Assembly: GCA_002308755.1 (NCBI GenBank)
Contig: DBVR01000003.1
Span: forward strand, 1-55,889
DNA length: 55,889 nucleotides
Source: Christensenella sp. UBA1259
GTDB lineage: Bacteria > Bacillota > Clostridia > Christensenellales > Borkfalkiaceae
Direction: 5' to 3'
In this document: piece after piece, positions 54,453 through 55,889 of the stretch
Layout of the letters: the number at the start of each line of letters is the position of its first letter
Numbering within the stretch: position 1 is the first letter of the stretch
The notes under the pieces: model-generated
The model's database searches: none
What the model was told of the DNA's origin: nothing
The model's input: only the letters and a program-made list of their open reading frames with translations
Position numbers and translations under genes: made by a program

Positions 54453-54710
54453 ATGGAATTTATAGCGGTAACGTACAGGTCGCGCGCCCATACGTTAAGG
54501 TTTCACGAATTTTTGAAAGACAACGGGATATACTCGGAAATAATCAACACCCCGAAAGAAGCGGGCGTTGGCTGCGGACTTTCGGTAAAGACCGATCCGA
54601 AATACTTTTCGGCGATAAAAAAAGCCGTGCGGATAACGGAACTTAAAAGTTTCGCGGGGTTTTTTCTCGTGAAAAATTACGGCGGCAAAAGGTCGGTAAC
54701 GAGTATTTAG
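54453..54710 (+). CDS. DUF3343-like small protein (putative S/Se carrier)
   Basis: 85 aa from ATG 54453 (SD AAGGAGA). Single conserved-looking CG in PKEAGVGCGLS. Divergent from the desulfurase gene. Confidence 0.5.
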   Translation: MEFIAVTYRSRAHTLRFHEFLKDNGIYSEIINTPKEAGVGCGLSVKTDPKYFSAIKKAVRITELKSFAGFFLVKNYGGKRSVTSI

Positions 54711-54773
54711 CGCAAAACGCTTGTAAAAAAGTTTCCGCTTGTGTTAATATGTTTAGGAAGTTTTAAGGTGTCT

Positions 54774-55415
54774 ATGGATAAAACCAAAGCCAAAACCGCA
54801 GTAAACCGTCTTGCGGAAATTTTTGCGGACAAGCCCGCCCTTAAATTCGGTTCGCCGTACCAACTTTTGGTGGCGGTCATGCTTTCCGCGCAGTGCACCG
54901 ACGAACGGGTGAATAAGGTAACGGAAAAACTGTTCGGCAGTTACGGAACGCCCGAAAAGATGCTTACCCTTTCCCAAAAGGAACTGGAAAGTTATATCTT
55001 TTCCTGCGGGCTTTACAGGACGAAAGCCCTTCATATACTCGCGGCGACGAAAGATATCGTCGAAAAGTTTTCGGGACAAGTGCCCGAAACTCTGGAAGAG
55101 TTAAGAACTCTTGCGGGAGTGGGGCGAAAGACCGCCAACGTGGTTTACAGCGTGGCGTTCGGCGGCGCGGCGATAGCGGTGGACACCCACGTTTTCAGGG
55201 TGAGCGCGCGTATGGGACTTGCGCACGGCAAAAACCCGTCGGAAACCGAAAAGGGGCTTATGGAAATACTCGATAAAAGCGACTGGTCGAGAGCGCATCA
55301 CTACCTTATATATCTCGGCAGAAGTTATTGCGGGGCGAGAAAACCCGATTGCGGAAACTGTCCCGTAAAGGATATTTGCGAGTGGGAAAAAAAGAACGGA
55401 AATGTTTGTAGATAA
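54774..55415 (+). CDS. nth: Endonuclease III
   Basis: HhH LAGVGRKTANVV and Fe-S cluster CGARKPDCGNCPVKDIC. ATG at 54774 preferred (SD AAGGTG). Confidence 0.9.
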   Translation: MDKTKAKTAVNRLAEIFADKPALKFGSPYQLLVAVMLSAQCTDERVNKVTEKLFGSYGTPEKMLTLSQKELESYIFSCGLYRTKALHILAATKDIVEKFSGQVPETLEELRTLAGVGRKTANVVYSVAFGGAAIAVDTHVFRVSARMGLAHGKNPSETEKGLMEILDKSDWSRAHHYLIYLGRSYCGARKPDCGNCPVKDICEWEKKNGNVCR

Positions 55416-55889
55416 GGCGAAAATAACGATAAAATCAGGTAACGGCGGCAGCGGGATCACTTCCTTTATACACTATAAAGGAAAGGTTTGCGGCGGACCG
55501 GACGGCGGAGACGGCGGCAAGGGCGGCGATATAATATTTATCGCCGATAAAGGCGTGTCGACCCTTGCGGATTTTTACTATAAGACGAAATACGTCGCGG
55601 AAAACGGCAGTAACGGAGAGCCCAACAACCGTTTCGGAAAGGCGGGCGAAGACCTTATAATAAAAGTGCCCTTGGGCACGGTGATAAAGGACGAAAAGAC
55701 GGGCGGCATTATCGCCGACATGTTCGAAGACGGACAGAAAAAGACGGTTTTAACGGGCGGCGAAGGCGGTAAGGGCAACGCGCGGTTCGCCAACGCCAGA
55801 AGAAGAGCGCCGCACTTTTCCCAGACGGGCGAAAAGACGGAAACGAAGAAAATAGTTCTGGAACTTAAAACCATCGCCGACGTGGGGCT
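55402..55889 (+). CDS. obg: GTPase Obg, N-terminal part (runs off window end)
   Basis: MFVDKAKITIKSGNGGSG... and GGPDGGDGGKGGDIIF, the Obg fold glycine-rich repeats. Open to the last base. Overlaps the nth end by 14 nt. Confidence 0.9.
   Translation, partial: MFVDKAKITIKSGNGGSGITSFIHYKGKVCGGPDGGDGGKGGDIIFIADKGVSTLADFYYKTKYVAENGSNGEPNNRFGKAGEDLIIKVPLGTVIKDEKTGGIIADMFEDGQKKTVLTGGEGGKGNARFANARRRAPHFSQTGEKTETKKIVLELKTIADVG

Overview
This window reads as core chromosome from a Firmicutes/Clostridia-like bacterium, probably origin-proximal. The gene order supports that: polA-coaE, greA-lysS, tmk-holB-ricT-(fdx)-yabB-like-rsmI, ftsH-parA-parB, gltX, rsmG, rplM-rpsI, rnpB, dnaN, rpmH-rnpA-yidD-yidC-jag, addB-addA, nth and obg. 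I can support about 60 protein genes, one tRNA (Leu-CAA), the RNase P RNA, a preQ1-I-type riboswitch ahead of queT, and many near-consensus SigA-type promoters and intrinsic terminators. Three real small genes are missing from the ORF track: rpmH, a 2x[4Fe-4S] ferredoxin and a DUF1540-like Cys-rich protein. I saw no transposase, integrase, phage gene, CRISPR array or recognisable defence or toxin module, and I cannot honestly name a new multi-gene system here. The most unusual feature is the replication/partition region. It has three tandem parS sites in one spacer and an AT-rich spacer with DnaA-box-like 9-mers between divergent gltX and rsmG. dnaN has no dnaA next to it; it sits between the RNase P RNA gene and rpmH-rnpA on the same strand. 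All of this lies in or beside a low-GC block of about 3.7 kb. Other points worth checking: a stand-alone GlmU acetyltransferase domain with glmM in a second low-GC block; a mannose-6-P isomerase/ROK kinase fusion; an identical promoter-to-ATG module (TATAATATTTTTATG) that suggests leaderless mRNAs at two unrelated genes; a lipoprotein with four near-identical 261-276 bp in-frame repeats; a YidC with a large loop insertion; and a BY-kinase/PHP-phosphatase pair with no membrane activator or polysaccharide genes. All family calls come from motifs read by eye and recalled family signatures. No database search was run.
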